Positions 38,309 through 49,656 of a DNA stretch of 64,000 nt are shown here, one piece after another. The DNA comes from Octopus sinensis. Lineage: Eukaryota. Every line of letters starts with the position of its first letter. Position 1 is the stretch's first letter. Where the stretch lies: NCBI RefSeq assembly GCF_006345805.1, contig NC_043005.1:25916001-25980000 (forward strand), given 5' to 3'. The position numbers and the translations under genes are program-made. A model generated the notes under the pieces. The model did not search any database. It was not told the origin of the DNA and saw only the letters and a list, made by a program, of their open reading frames with translations.

Positions 38309-38481
38309 CAACAAATAGGGGCTGCAATAAGGGTGGAGCACTTGCAGAAAACAACACTGCTTGGAACCGCGCTCGAATACTCTTGGAAGGTGCTCGAAAA
38401 ATTAGAGATGTTACCTTAGTTCACTGGTAGTGAACAGCTGACACCGTAGTACATCTCCAGCGTTAGAAGCTGTGCAAAAAC
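38309..38481 (+). mobile_element. RLE LINE family C 3' end
   Basis: QIGAAIRVEHLQKTTLLGT.. plus 3' UTR identical in type to the 36407 copy. Confidence 0.85.
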
Positions 38482-38498
38482 AATAATGATGATGATGG

Positions 38499-38529
<31 letters not shown>

Positions 38530-38532
<3 letters not shown>

Positions 38533-38910
38533 AAATCTCTTTGACAAATTAGTAAAAAATAAGGTCCAGGTAATTGAAATACAAAAGCTGTGGTATCTTA
38601 AAACGAGAACGGTCCCTGTTATTGAATGTGCCCTAGGTATGATAAAAAGGGATGCCAGAAATATCTAAATAAGATCTCAGGAGAACCATATATCAGAGAA
38701 ATCTAAATTATTGTACTGATGAGCACTGCCCACATCCTTACTAAAAGCCTATCCATCTAAATGTGTTTGTTGTATTACTTGAAGATATTTCGCTATCACT
38801 TATCCTCAAACTTTCAGTTATACTATAACATCTCTTATCCTTCACTCGCTCCAGGACGTTGGGTGTGTCTAGGGAAGTGACAGTTGCAATGATGCAAATT
38901 AAAAGTAAAA
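38530..38910 (+). mobile_element. RLE LINE family D 3' end
   Basis: EIQKLWYLKTRTVPVIECALGMIK...LMSTAHILTKSLSI* plus 3' UTR. Confidence 0.8.
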
Positions 38911-39036
38911 TAAGAAGAGGAGGAGGAGAAGAAGAAGAAGAGGAAGAATAAAAAGAAGAAGAAGAAGAAGAAGAAGAAGAAGAAGAAGAAGAAGAAAAGA
39001 AGAAGAAGAAGAAGAAGAAAAGAAGAAGAAGAAGAA

Positions 39037-40123
39037 TGCAGTCGCAGTAGTGCGTTATGGCGCTGGAATCCTCAAGTTGACAGAATTAGAGATAAAGAGA
39101 TGGACAGGAAATCAAGAAAGATCTTAACGATGCATGAAGAACATCATCCACTTGCAGACACTGATCGCCTATACATGAAGAGAGCAAATGGAGCAAGGGG
39201 AGTGATATGTGTGGAAGTTTAATGAGATACCTAGCCCAAAGTAAGGAAACATTGCTACTAACAGTTAGGAACAAGGGAGTATTGAGAGCAGAGAAAAAAA
39301 GAAAAAAAGAAAGAAGTACAAAAGGGCAAGAAGAAGAATTCCGCAAGAAGGGACTACGCAATCAATTCCATGTAGCCACAACAGAAATTGCTGGAAAAAA
39401 TAGGTGGGAATGGCTGATGAAAGGAACCCTAAAAAAAGAAACCGAGAGCACTATACTGGCAGCGCAGGACCAAGCTCTGGCCAATAGTCTCCGCTGTGTC
39501 GCATATGCAATAGAATGGAAGAAAACATTGCCCATATCACGAACGGATGCCCTAGACTTGCCCAAAACCACTACAAGTTGTGGCGACACAATAAGGTAGC
39601 GAAAATGCTACATTGGAAACTATGCGAAAAGTGAGGGCTAGAGTTAGGCAAGACTCGGTATGAGCACAGAGCGCAGATAGTTGCGGAGATGGAGACTAGC
39701 AACATCCTCTGGGATTTCTAATCCAAACAGATTAGGTGTTAGAGCATAATAGACCGGGCATATTTGTGGTGGAGAAGGTTCACCACATATGCTATATAGT
39801 TGATGTTACATGCTGCTTTGACCTACGAATAGTCAAGAAGGAAGGCGTATCGATAGATAGATACAACCCTCTTAAGTACGAAATAGCCCGGCTATGGAAA
39901 ATGGAGAATGTGAAGATAGTGCCAATTATTGTTGGGTCCTTAGGAACAATATCAGAATGTATCAAGGGGAATATAAAGGAAATTGGAATAGAAATGCTTG
40001 CCTCCAAGGTACGGTTAGTACAATCAGGAGAGTATTAGATACCTGAAAAGAATGGCTGCAGATAGTAATCCTACTACGCATGCAAGACTCCAGAAGTTCC
40101 AACATGACCTGTGATAAAGAGAA

Positions 40124-40127
<4 letters not shown>
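39037..40127 (+). mobile_element. RLE LINE family F, decayed 3' part
   Basis: VVRYGAGIL; HHPLADTDRLY; KKETESTILAAQDQAL; LHWKLC; VLEHNRPG; IVPIIVGSLG; many stops and frameshifts. Confidence 0.88.
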
Positions 40128-40170
<43 letters not shown>

Positions 40171-40174
<4 letters not shown>

Positions 40175-42969
40175 TAGAAAAGACCTGTCGATTCTTAATG
40201 AAATCAGCAAACAAGCAACGCTACTGAGCAACAAAAAGAGAACAAAAATGCTCCGCAAATATAACATCACAGAAAAAGATTTGCCGGAGATAAAAGAAAA
40301 GCTGAAGCAAGATATCCTTGCCAAAGCTCAAAGGATCCGCCGGTACGAGAAACGCCAACGCTTCTTTGAACAGAACAAAAAGTTCAACTCCGACCCCAAA
40401 AAGTTCTACCAAGAACTGGGCAAAAATAAAATAGAAGTCACTGCAGCACCAACGGCAGAAGAATTGGAAGAATTCTGGAAAGAAATATGGTCGGCGAACG
40501 AACAGCCAAAAAAAAGGAGTATGAAAATAACAAACTCGGCATCTGAACAACTTTGGACCCCCATAACAACTGAAGAGGTCACCCAGGCACTGCAAAACCT
40601 AAGCAACTGGAAGGCACCTGGGCATGACAAGATCCCCAACTTCTGGTTGAAATATCTAACAGGAATGCACAAAAAGCTGGCTGAAAACTTTAACAGCATA
40701 CTAGCAGAGCCAGAGACAATGCCTGAATGGCTCACGAAGGGGAAAACCATCTTAATTCCCAAATCAAATGAAACAACAAAACCAGAAAACTACAGACCAA
40801 TAACCTGCCTCCCTACTATGTTCAAGGCATTTACTGCAGTGATATCGCAAAGGCTGAACAAGCACCTGGACGAAAACAAACTGTTCCCAGAAGAGCAGAA
40901 AGGATGCCGCAAGGGCTCATATGGCTGTAAAGATCAACTAATGATTAATAAAGCCGTAACTGAAGACAGCCACAGAAAGAAGAAAGGCCTCAGTATGGCC
41001 TGGATTGACTACAAAAAGGCGTTTGATAGCACCCCCCACACATGGATCCTCGAAACACTAGCCATTAACAAAGTAGCACCAACAATCATAAAATTCATAG
41101 AGCACTCTATGAATAAATGGCAAACAGTCCTACACCTCCAAACAAAAGAGGGACTCATGAAAACCAAAGACATCCCCATTAGAAGAGGAATATTCCAGGG
41201 AGACACGCTCTCTCCACTCCTTTTCTGCTTGGCACTGTCACCTCTATCTGATATGCTAAATAGAACTGGATGCGGATATAAATGTTACGGCAAAACGATC
41301 AGCCACCTTTTATATATGGATGACCTAAAACTATACGCTGCAAATGACAAACAGCTGGAAACACTATTAAAGACTGTTCATGGATTTACCAAAGAAATAG
41401 ATATGAAATTTGGATTAGAAAAATGCGCCAAAGTAACCCTGAAAAGAGGAAAACTAGTTAAGAGTAACAACATCACACTAGATAAAACCAATGAAATAAA
41501 AGAATTAGACCAAAGCCAAACTTACAAATACTTAGGAATCCATGAACTAGATAAGACACAACACACACAAATGAAAGAGAAAATAAAAAAAGAATATTAT
41601 AGACGAGTTAGATCAATACTAAAAACAGAGCTCAATGCTGAAAACAAGATAATAGGTATCAACACTTTAGCTGTCCCAGTTATAAGTTACAGCTACAATA
41701 TCCTTAACTGGACACGAAATGAACTGTCCAAAATAGATAGGAAAACAAGAAAAATACTGACAGGATCTAGGATGCATCACCCAAAATCTGACATAGAAAG
41801 ACTATATATACAACGTATAGAAGGTGGTAGAGGCCTTATACAGCTGGAAAACTACTATAAAATAACCACCATAGGACTGCAAAAATATCTACTTCAGAAG
41901 GAAGGAAAACTGATCCAGATAGCAGCAAAACACGAGCAAAACAAAAAACTGTTCTCAGTATTTAAGGAAGCTGACAAATACAAACAAGAAATCATACCAC
42001 CTAATAAACACAAAGAAGAAGAAGAAGATGATGAAGAAACAACAAAAGCTATAAAACAAATGAAATCCAAACTAAAAATAGAACAGCAACGAGCCATGAT
42101 AAAACGATGGCAAGAAAAACCCCTTCATGGTAAATACTGCACTAAACTAAACGCAAAAGAAATAGACAAAGAAAAATCCCAGCAATGGTTGAGAAGCTCA
42201 GGACTCAAAGCAGAAACAGAGGGATTTTTAATTGCAGCACAAGACCAAAGCCTCCCCACCAGAAATTACCAAAAACATGTAATGAAAAGAAATATTACAA
42301 GTAACTGCAGAATATGTGGAGATGGACAAGAAACAATAAATCATATTATCTCTAGCTGCCCAGTCCTGGCTAAGAAGGAATATATTCACAGACATGACAG
42401 AGTTGGAACCTACATACATTGGAAGCTATGCCAACATTATGGAATAACAACAGAAAAAAGATGGTATAGGCACACACCAGAAAAGGTCACAGAAAACGAG
42501 AAAGCAACCATACTCTGGGATATGCCGATACACACAGATAGAGAAATTAAGGCCAACAGACCAGATATAGTTGTCAGAGATCATGAAGAAAAAAAATGCT
42601 TTCTAATTGATGTATCAATACCGGCAGATGACAACGTGTCTCTAAAAGAAATGGAGAAACTCTCAAAATACAAAGACCTGGAAATAGAGGTAACTAGAAT
42701 GTGGAACCTGAAAACAGAAACAATTCCTATCATAGTAGGTGCATTAGGCATGATAAAAAAATATTCAGACAAATACATAACAAAAACACCAGGACTTACA
42801 AACACATATAACATACAGAAAATTGCACTACTAGGCACTGCACACATCCTACGCAGAACACTTTCCATACAATAACCATCAGAGCATCACAACAAATCAC
42901 AGCACATACCCAAGGCACACAGAGCTGCGCTCGGTAGTGAAGTGAAAGCACGCTATAAAAATAAAACTA

Positions 42970-42972
<3 letters not shown>
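40171..42972 (+). mobile_element. R4/Dong-like non-LTR retrotransposon family A, 5'-truncated, inserted in (TAA)n
   Basis: (TAA)n on both sides; single ORF; 97-bp 3' UTR ending 'aaaactactg|aataataa'. Confidence 0.96.
40248..42875 (+). CDS. RT + CCHC zinc knuckle + restriction-like endonuclease polyprotein (875 aa from first ATG; frame open from 40173, true N-terminus missing)
   Basis: NWKAPGHD; NYRPITCL; WIDYKKAFDS; RGIFQGDTLSPLLF; LLYMDDLKLY; YKYLG; CRICGDGQETINHIISSC; RPDIVV..IDVSIP..EKLSKY. Confidence 0.95.
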   Translation: MLRKYNITEKDLPEIKEKLKQDILAKAQRIRRYEKRQRFFEQNKKFNSDPKKFYQELGKNKIEVTAAPTAEELEEFWKEIWSANEQPKKRSMKITNSASEQLWTPITTEEVTQALQNLSNWKAPGHDKIPNFWLKYLTGMHKKLAENFNSILAEPETMPEWLTKGKTILIPKSNETTKPENYRPITCLPTMFKAFTAVISQRLNKHLDENKLFPEEQKGCRKGSYGCKDQLMINKAVTEDSHRKKKGLSMAWIDYKKAFDSTPHTWILETLAINKVAPTIIKFIEHSMNKWQTVLHLQTKEGLMKTKDIPIRRGIFQGDTLSPLLFCLALSPLSDMLNRTGCGYKCYGKTISHLLYMDDLKLYAANDKQLETLLKTVHGFTKEIDMKFGLEKCAKVTLKRGKLVKSNNITLDKTNEIKELDQSQTYKYLGIHELDKTQHTQMKEKIKKEYYRRVRSILKTELNAENKIIGINTLAVPVISYSYNILNWTRNELSKIDRKTRKILTGSRMHHPKSDIERLYIQRIEGGRGLIQLENYYKITTIGLQKYLLQKEGKLIQIAAKHEQNKKLFSVFKEADKYKQEIIPPNKHKEEEEDDEETTKAIKQMKSKLKIEQQRAMIKRWQEKPLHGKYCTKLNAKEIDKEKSQQWLRSSGLKAETEGFLIAAQDQSLPTRNYQKHVMKRNITSNCRICGDGQETINHIISSCPVLAKKEYIHRHDRVGTYIHWKLCQHYGITTEKRWYRHTPEKVTENEKATILWDMPIHTDREIKANRPDIVVRDHEEKKCFLIDVSIPADDNVSLKEMEKLSKYKDLEIEVTRMWNLKTETIPIIVGALGMIKKYSDKYITKTPGLTNTYNIQKIALLGTAHILRRTLSIQ

Positions 42973-43031
<59 letters not shown>

Positions 43032-43041
43032 CAACAACAAC

Positions 43042-43088
<47 letters not shown>

Positions 43089-44234
43089 CGCATTTGTCGT
43101 AACGACACATGCAAAGGACATAAATGCACAAACAAGTCATTGGCGAATGCAAAAATCTGGTGTTTCATTCCCCCTCATATTTATCACTATAAAGTCTTTT
43201 TCAGAATTACACAAGCTGCAATATCTTGATAGTTTCTTTACGGCTTGTATCATTAACGGAAGTTTCTAATATATTCTAATATAGTTCCCCCACTCTTTTT
43301 CTCTTTTTTTTGCTGTTAATTTCCATACTTTTTGAATAACTTGATGGCATTGCTCTTCTATGTTTTACTGAAGACGAACCTTGATTAAAATAATGTTATT
43401 TGAAATTACCCGCCCTATTTCCGGCATCGTATTTACGCCCAGTATTTAGATCTTATTCTGTGGATATTACCCCAACTTTGTACATCATTTCCTCTGCATT
43501 ACGAATCAAACTTAGAGACCACGAACTTTTGTTTCGCCAAAGGGATTTTTCTCATATTGGTTTGGTTAAATTCCTTTCAAATTGAAGTTTTTTATGTATA
43601 ACTAGAACGTATTTTCCTGTAACATTGGTCGATCGACAAATATTTATTAATTAATCTTCTAAGAAAACAATTTTCTTCAACTGTTCTTTCTCATTAACGT
43701 CAAATGTCAATGTAGCTAAATATTCCTCTAGCTTAATCTACAGCATTTGCCAATCAGATGCAGCTTAATAGAAGCAATTTAAAATTCAGCGTAATTTCAA
43801 CGACGACGTCATTTAACCAGCGGATTAGTGGTGCTTATCATAACAGTCCTTCAATGACATGCAATGAAGCAGAAAACCAGCCTGGTCAAATATTGCCGAC
43901 AATTTATGGAACTAAAATTATTGAATGTGTTTTATTCTGCATCCTTCATAAAGAAAATAACAATTATGTGTCTCGTATCATTGGAAATGCTCGTAATGTA
44001 CATACTTAATATGTATGCTACATATAATACAACCTGTGAGTTCAGAACAGAAAGACACCCTCGATCCCAGGACTTCAAAGTCATTACATGGCAACACGCT
44101 TATTTCACATGACATTTGATGATCTAACGAGGCCCAAGATGTCGTAAAAGATATACTGGAGACAAGTACCACGCGCTGGGAAACCTACTCACAGACACAC
44201 ACACACAGAGTTTCACCGACACCACATTTACATA

Positions 44235-44303
<69 letters not shown>

Positions 44304-44492
44304 TACGTTATATAATTAGGGTTCAGTAAAATAATTTACTTTACCACACACTGAACTTTCAGAAATAGCAGCCAAAAAATCTTAGCTATTTCTTCTACTA
44401 TAAGAAAAATCTACCTGACAATGTATACTCAAAAATAATTCACGTATATATGGAGGGAAAAATAACAAAAGATCACATGTACATTAAGATTA

Positions 44493-44556
44493 CTCGAGAA
44501 CGTACGTTTCTAGATTAGTTGAATTTAAAACTCAACATTTCCTTCGTCAGCTCAAA
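44493..44556 (-). ncRNA. Type I hammerhead motif (extra-A variant)
   Basis: UUUGAG-CUGACGA-A-GG-AAAU-GUUGAGU-UUUA-AAUUCAAC-UAAU-CU-A-GAAA-CGUACG-UU|CUCGAG; 6-bp stem I with wobbles, palindromic stem III. Confidence 0.6.
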
Positions 44557-45131
44557 GATTTCTTAGATTTGGATTTGAGAGCACTAAAAATCGAACATAC
44601 CCGTCTGATATGAGTAAACCCAGACAAACCATCTTCGACTGCCAGTACCAACGAATTCAAACAGTATGAATGAAGCTTTGCATTCATCCCGCTTCCACCC
44701 ACGTGAGTTATAGAGTAAACAAATTCCTACAGAGAACTGTAGTTGAAAAACAGGGAGAGAGAATTATATTATCAATAATAAAAGGGTAAAATCAATTGAT
44801 TATTAATTAATTTTACCAAGTAGTGCTCAGTATGTAAGAGGACCATTTGAGGTATATTTGAAACATTACGTTATATAATTAGGGTTCAGTAAAATAATTT
44901 ACTTTACCACACACTGAACTTTTAGAAATAGCAGCCAAAAAATCTTAGCTATTTCTTCTACTATAAGAAAAATCTATTTTCCCTTTATACCGGAAGCGGG
45001 ATGAATGCAAAGCTTCATTCATACTGTTTGAATTCGTTGGTACTGGCAGTCGAAGATGGTTTGTCTGGGTTTACTCATATCAGACGGGTATGTTCGATTT
45101 TTAGTGCTCTCAAATCCAAATCTAAGAAATC

Positions 45132-45195
45132 TTTGAGCTGACGAAGGAAATGTTGAGTTTTAAATTCAACTAATCTAGAAACGTACGTTCCCAAG
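45132..45195 (+). ncRNA. Type I hammerhead motif, inverted sister copy
   Basis: Same core; stem I 3' strand CCCAAG (one mismatch). Confidence 0.55.
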
Positions 45196-45567
45196 TAATC
45201 TTATGTACATGTGATCTTTTGTTATTTTTCCCTCCATATCTACGTGAATTATTTTTGAGTATACATTGTCAGGTAGATTTTTCTTATAGTAGAAGAAATA
45301 GCTAAGATTTTTTGGCTGCTATTTCTGAAAGTTCAGTGTGTGGTAAAGTAAATTATTTTACTAAACCCTAATTATATAACGTAATGTTTTAAATATACCG
45401 TAAATGGTCTTTTTACATACTGAACACTACTTGGTAAAATGAATTAATAATTAATTGATTTTACCGTTTTATTATTGATATATATATATGTGTATATATA
45501 TATATATATGTGTATGTATGTATGTATGTATTATGTATGTATATGTATATACACACACACATTTATA

Positions 45568-45766
45568 CAGGGTGGCCCAAAAGTAGGTTTACAGTTATCA
45601 CGTAGGCACTTTAAATTTCTTTGAAAACATTTTATTACAATAAATTTCTGTCTTAAAAACTGAAAAGGGAGCTTGGCAAATAAACTAAATTAGCAGAGAA
45701 TAATGGTTCATATATATCTATATATATATATATATGAAACCATGATTCTCTGCTAATTTAGTTTAT

Positions 45767-45808
<42 letters not shown>

Positions 45809-46274
45809 AAGTTTCATTTATATATATATATAAATTAATAAATAAAACATATGCATATATACATACATATATGTACGTACCTACCTCTACATGTATATAT
45901 ACACTCATATATAGGTACAGGACACCAAAAAAAAAACGTCGAACACAATGAGAAACGAAAACATAAACACAAAACCAAGGAACTGGACATTTTTCTTAAA
46001 CAACAAAAAATAGAGAACAGGACAAATAACACAAGGAAAATTCCCCTTCTTCAGTTGCCATGGTTTCATCTACTCTGCGTTTCGAAGGTATATATATATA
46101 TATCAATGAAACCATTATTCTATGCTAATTTAGTTTATTTGTCAAGCTCCCTTTTCAGTTTTTAAGACAGAAATTTATATATATATATATATATATAATT
46201 AAGATCTAAACTGTTAATGTATACATGCAAAAGAGATAGTTGAATAACTGTAAACCTACTTTTGGGCCACGCTG
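45568..46274. mobile_element. Tc1/mariner-type MITE with TA TSD, interior expanded by nested repeats
   Basis: ta|cagggtggcccaaaagtaggtttacagttat ... ataactgtaaacctacttttgggccacgctg|ta (31-bp TIR, 1 mismatch). Confidence 0.85.
45910..46088 (+). repeat. (TA)n-associated dispersed repeat (related copy 61285-61640)
   Basis: Shared 'ggtacagga..cacca', 'aaaaaatagaraacaggac', 'ccttc.tcagttg'. Confidence 0.6.
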
Positions 46275-46285
46275 TATATATATAG

Positions 46286-46352
<67 letters not shown>

Positions 46353-46465
46353 CAGATGGACAGACAGAGACAGAGAGGGATGAGGAAAGAGAGAGAGAGA
46401 GAGACGCAGGTTCACATAGGGATATTCACGCTGGTAAATACAAACAAAATTACATGTACACAAAC

Positions 46466-46504
<39 letters not shown>

Positions 46505-46783
46505 ACGAGAGGGAGAAAGAGGAATAGAGAGGAAGAAAGAGAGAGAGAGATATAATATTTCGATTTATGTTTCAGCAAATTTTTCTGTTTTTTTCTGCTA
46601 ACTCATCCATCAAGTTCCTGCTGTTCTTCCAAATAGATATTGCAATTTGGGGAACAACAAACACAGAAAAAGACACCGTTCTGCCATTGATTGGGTGTTG
46701 TTTTTTTTTTTCTTTCCAAGGAAAACACCAACTCATTTCATGACAATTCAGCTTCTTTTTTGATGTTTTGTAATTTTCGGCAC

Positions 46784-47090
46784 GTGGAGGCACATGGCCT
46801 CGTGGTTAGAGCAGCGGACTCGCGGTCGAGGGATCGCGGGTTCGAATCTCAGACCAGGCGATGTGTGTCTTTATGAGCGGTAAAAACCTAAACTCCACGC
46901 GGCTCCGGCAGAAGATAATGGCGAACTTCTGCTGAGTCTTTCGCCACAACTTCCTCTCACTCTTTCCTCCTGCATCTTGCAGCTTACCTGTGTCGGACCG
47001 GCGTCCCGTCCAGGTGGGGAACCTATACGCCAAGGAGACCGGGAAACTGGCCCTTATGAGCCAGGCATGGTTTGAGAAGGAACAAACAAC
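46784..47090 (+). mobile_element. tRNA-derived SINE family V with 12-bp TSD
   Basis: A box 'tggcctcgtggttagag', B box 'gggttcgaatctc'; TSD aattttcggcac at 46772-46783 and 47091-47102; tail (aaac)n. Confidence 0.9.
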
Positions 47091-47092
47091 AA

Positions 47093-47678
47093 TTTTCGGC
47101 ACAAGGCCAGAATTTTTTGTGGTTGGGTGAGTGGAATACACCGACCCTAGGACTCAACTGGTACTTATTTTTACGACCCTGAAAGGGTGAAAGGCAAAGC
47201 CGACCCCGGTGGTATTTGAACACAGGACGTAATGTCGTGTAGAAATCCTGCTAAGCAATTCTTCCGACATGCTAACGATTCCAACAGCTGGCCGCTAGCA
47301 TGGTCTGTAAATTAATGGTTACAAATTTTGGCACAATGCCAGTAATTTAGGGGGTAGATAGTCGATAACATTGACCCAAATACTTAACTGGTACTTATGT
47401 TATCGACTCCGAAAGGATAAAAAGCAAAGCCGACGCGGCTAGAATTTGTACACAGATAGTAAAGGCACAAAGAAATGGCGTAAAACATTGTTTTCCGGCG
47501 AACAAACCATTCTACCAGTTCACGGCTTTGATGTTTTGTAAAATATTCTTTTCTACTGTAGGTACAAGGCCCGATATTTTGTGGGGACGGACTAGTCGAT
47601 CAGATCGGCCCCAGCACGCAACTAGTCCTTAATTTATCGAACCCGAAAGGATGAAAGGCAAAGTCGACCTCGGCAGAA
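47093..47678 (-). mobile_element. Three successive SINE family M copies of differing age
   Basis: Repeated 'gaaaggatgaaaggcaaagtcgacc' body at ~47180, ~47410, ~47645. Confidence 0.8.
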
Positions 47679-48018
47679 TGATGTTTTATAATAGTGAAAC
47701 ATTTTCTCCACGAATGTATTTCAAATTCCTACGACATACTATCTGGTCTTGAGATTTATCTTCCTTATCTCATCATATGACGTATTATCAGAGTTGAAAA
47801 TTAGATTCTCATGACGACTTCTGACATTCAAGGAAGTTTATAGAAGGTTGGATCCTTACCTCTATGACTTACCGGATTAATGATCCAACAACTAGCCCGC
47901 CACCACCACCATCACCACTACCACTACAGCACTACCACCACAGCACTACCACCACCCCCACCCCCACCATCACCACCACCACCACCAGCACCAGCATCAC
48001 CACCACCACTACCTCCAC

Positions 48019-48086
48019 TTTGGATCAGGTTAGAAACCGGCTCTTTCTCTATTGGCGAGAAATCTTGAAATAAAGCTGAACAGTGG
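48019..48086 (+). mobile_element. 3' terminus of RLE LINE family E followed by (CATA)n
   Basis: Matches 51191-51258. Confidence 0.8.
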
Positions 48087-48132
48087 CATACATACTCATA
48101 TACATACATACATACATACACACATACATATG

Positions 48133-48180
<48 letters not shown>

Positions 48181-48290
48181 GAGAGAGAGAGTGGTTGTAT
48201 ACTGTCAACTTAACGTGACAGTAAGGGAATTACACCACCACCGTTTAGCCCTAGGAAGCATCGACGCTTCCTGTCGGCCTCGACACATCT

Positions 48291-48348
<58 letters not shown>

Positions 48349-48469
48349 GCATATATAGATACAGAGATACACATACTTGTGTGTGTGTTGTGTGTGTTGT
48401 ACCTGTGTGTGTTGTACCTGTGTGTGTTGTATGTCTGTGTGAAAAAGGCAGAGAGAGGAGCAGCGATAA

Positions 48470-48516
<47 letters not shown>

Positions 48517-48807
48517 TATTTTGTTTCTTTGCTCGTTCCCATATGAGATCTTCATTTCCATGGCATTTGAAGGCACGAGATAACAATATTGATTATATTC
48601 TCTTCATAGTTAAAGTCACTCGTATTTATAGGGCGATGGTAAAAATGTAACACTCTCATATTTACAATTTCTTCTTTTGTACGTTGCAGTGGAGCGGGGC
48701 GCGTAAAATTCTTCAGCATTAAACCAAATACGTTCCCTGCAAACATATTTTTCTCCCAATAAATCTGATATCTGTTTATAACTGTGCTACTTATAGCATC
48801 GCCATAA

Positions 48808-48854
<47 letters not shown>

Positions 48855-49611
48855 CAGAAAATATGCTTACTCCACGCCTTTGCACGTGAATGCCATTTTT
48901 CCTAATAATAGTCGATATTTGTGCACCTAAGATAAAAAATAAAAGCAAAAATAAAAACCTCTAAAGTTTACTCAAAAATCTTAGACCAAATTTGAAGTGC
49001 CTGCAGTCAAGTACTTTGATGCAGTAATGTTTGTTTGTCTTGCATCTAAATGGTTTTCTGTCGCTTATTATGCCATGTTTATGTTGCTTTTCCAGTTTGT
49101 TTAAAAGCCTTTTTCGTGAACACTGATAAGCCAACATAATACCCTGAGGCAGAGATTTGTATCTTACACACTTAATGAGACATAATTTCAGCTTCGGACC
49201 AGTGTTCTCTGGAAGGTTAGCGTGAGATTCAAATAATTTGTATGAAAATATCTACTAATGTAGCTTGTTGTCATTAACATGCTATTGAAATCTAAGTGTG
49301 TTATTTTAAAGTTTGAGAGCTGATTAACAATCTTATACATTAAACGATAATGAGCTAAGATAAACAACTGGGTGTTCAATGACATGTATATAAACAACAA
49401 AATCAAATACAGGCGTATCAGATACCTTATAAGATAAATTCTAGATTTATTAGATGATCCCCAGTACTAAATAATGCGTCAGAAATATCAAATAGTTACT
49501 GAGAACAGCTCCATATGAAAAGGAGAGTCAATCTCAAGAAGCAAGAATTTATTCAACGTTGACGTGTCGTTAAAACAAGAAAAGGTTTGCTGTCTGGAAA
49601 TAATAGCACCG

Positions 49612-49656
49612 TCATTGACATATGTTTCTGCCTCTATAGGCGTCATCAGCATATTG
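49612..49656 (-). ncRNA. Minimal type I hammerhead motif (extra-A variant)
   Basis: AUAUG-CUGAUGA-C-GCCU-AUAG-AGGC-A-GAAA-CAUAUG-UC|AAUG; GUC site, palindromic stem III; first stem I pair mismatched. Confidence 0.5.

Larger units (their letters stand above)
44302..45480. repeat. PLE-terminal-repeat-like complex: 563-bp unit, partial tandem copy, then inverted copy
   Basis: 44302-44864 unit; 44865-44976 repeats the unit start; 44992-45480 is the reverse complement of (unit end + unit start to 44696); flanked by (TA)n. Confidence 0.9.

Noticed and set aside
40248-42875. 875-aa ORF as a complete, functional element
   Set aside because: The frame is open from 40173 right at the (TAA)n junction, so the 5' end and N-terminal domain are missing; this is a truncated insertion
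46786-46860. tRNA gene (likewise other SINE heads)
   Set aside because: A/B boxes are present, but no acceptor stem closes and the sequence continues into a SINE body with TSDs
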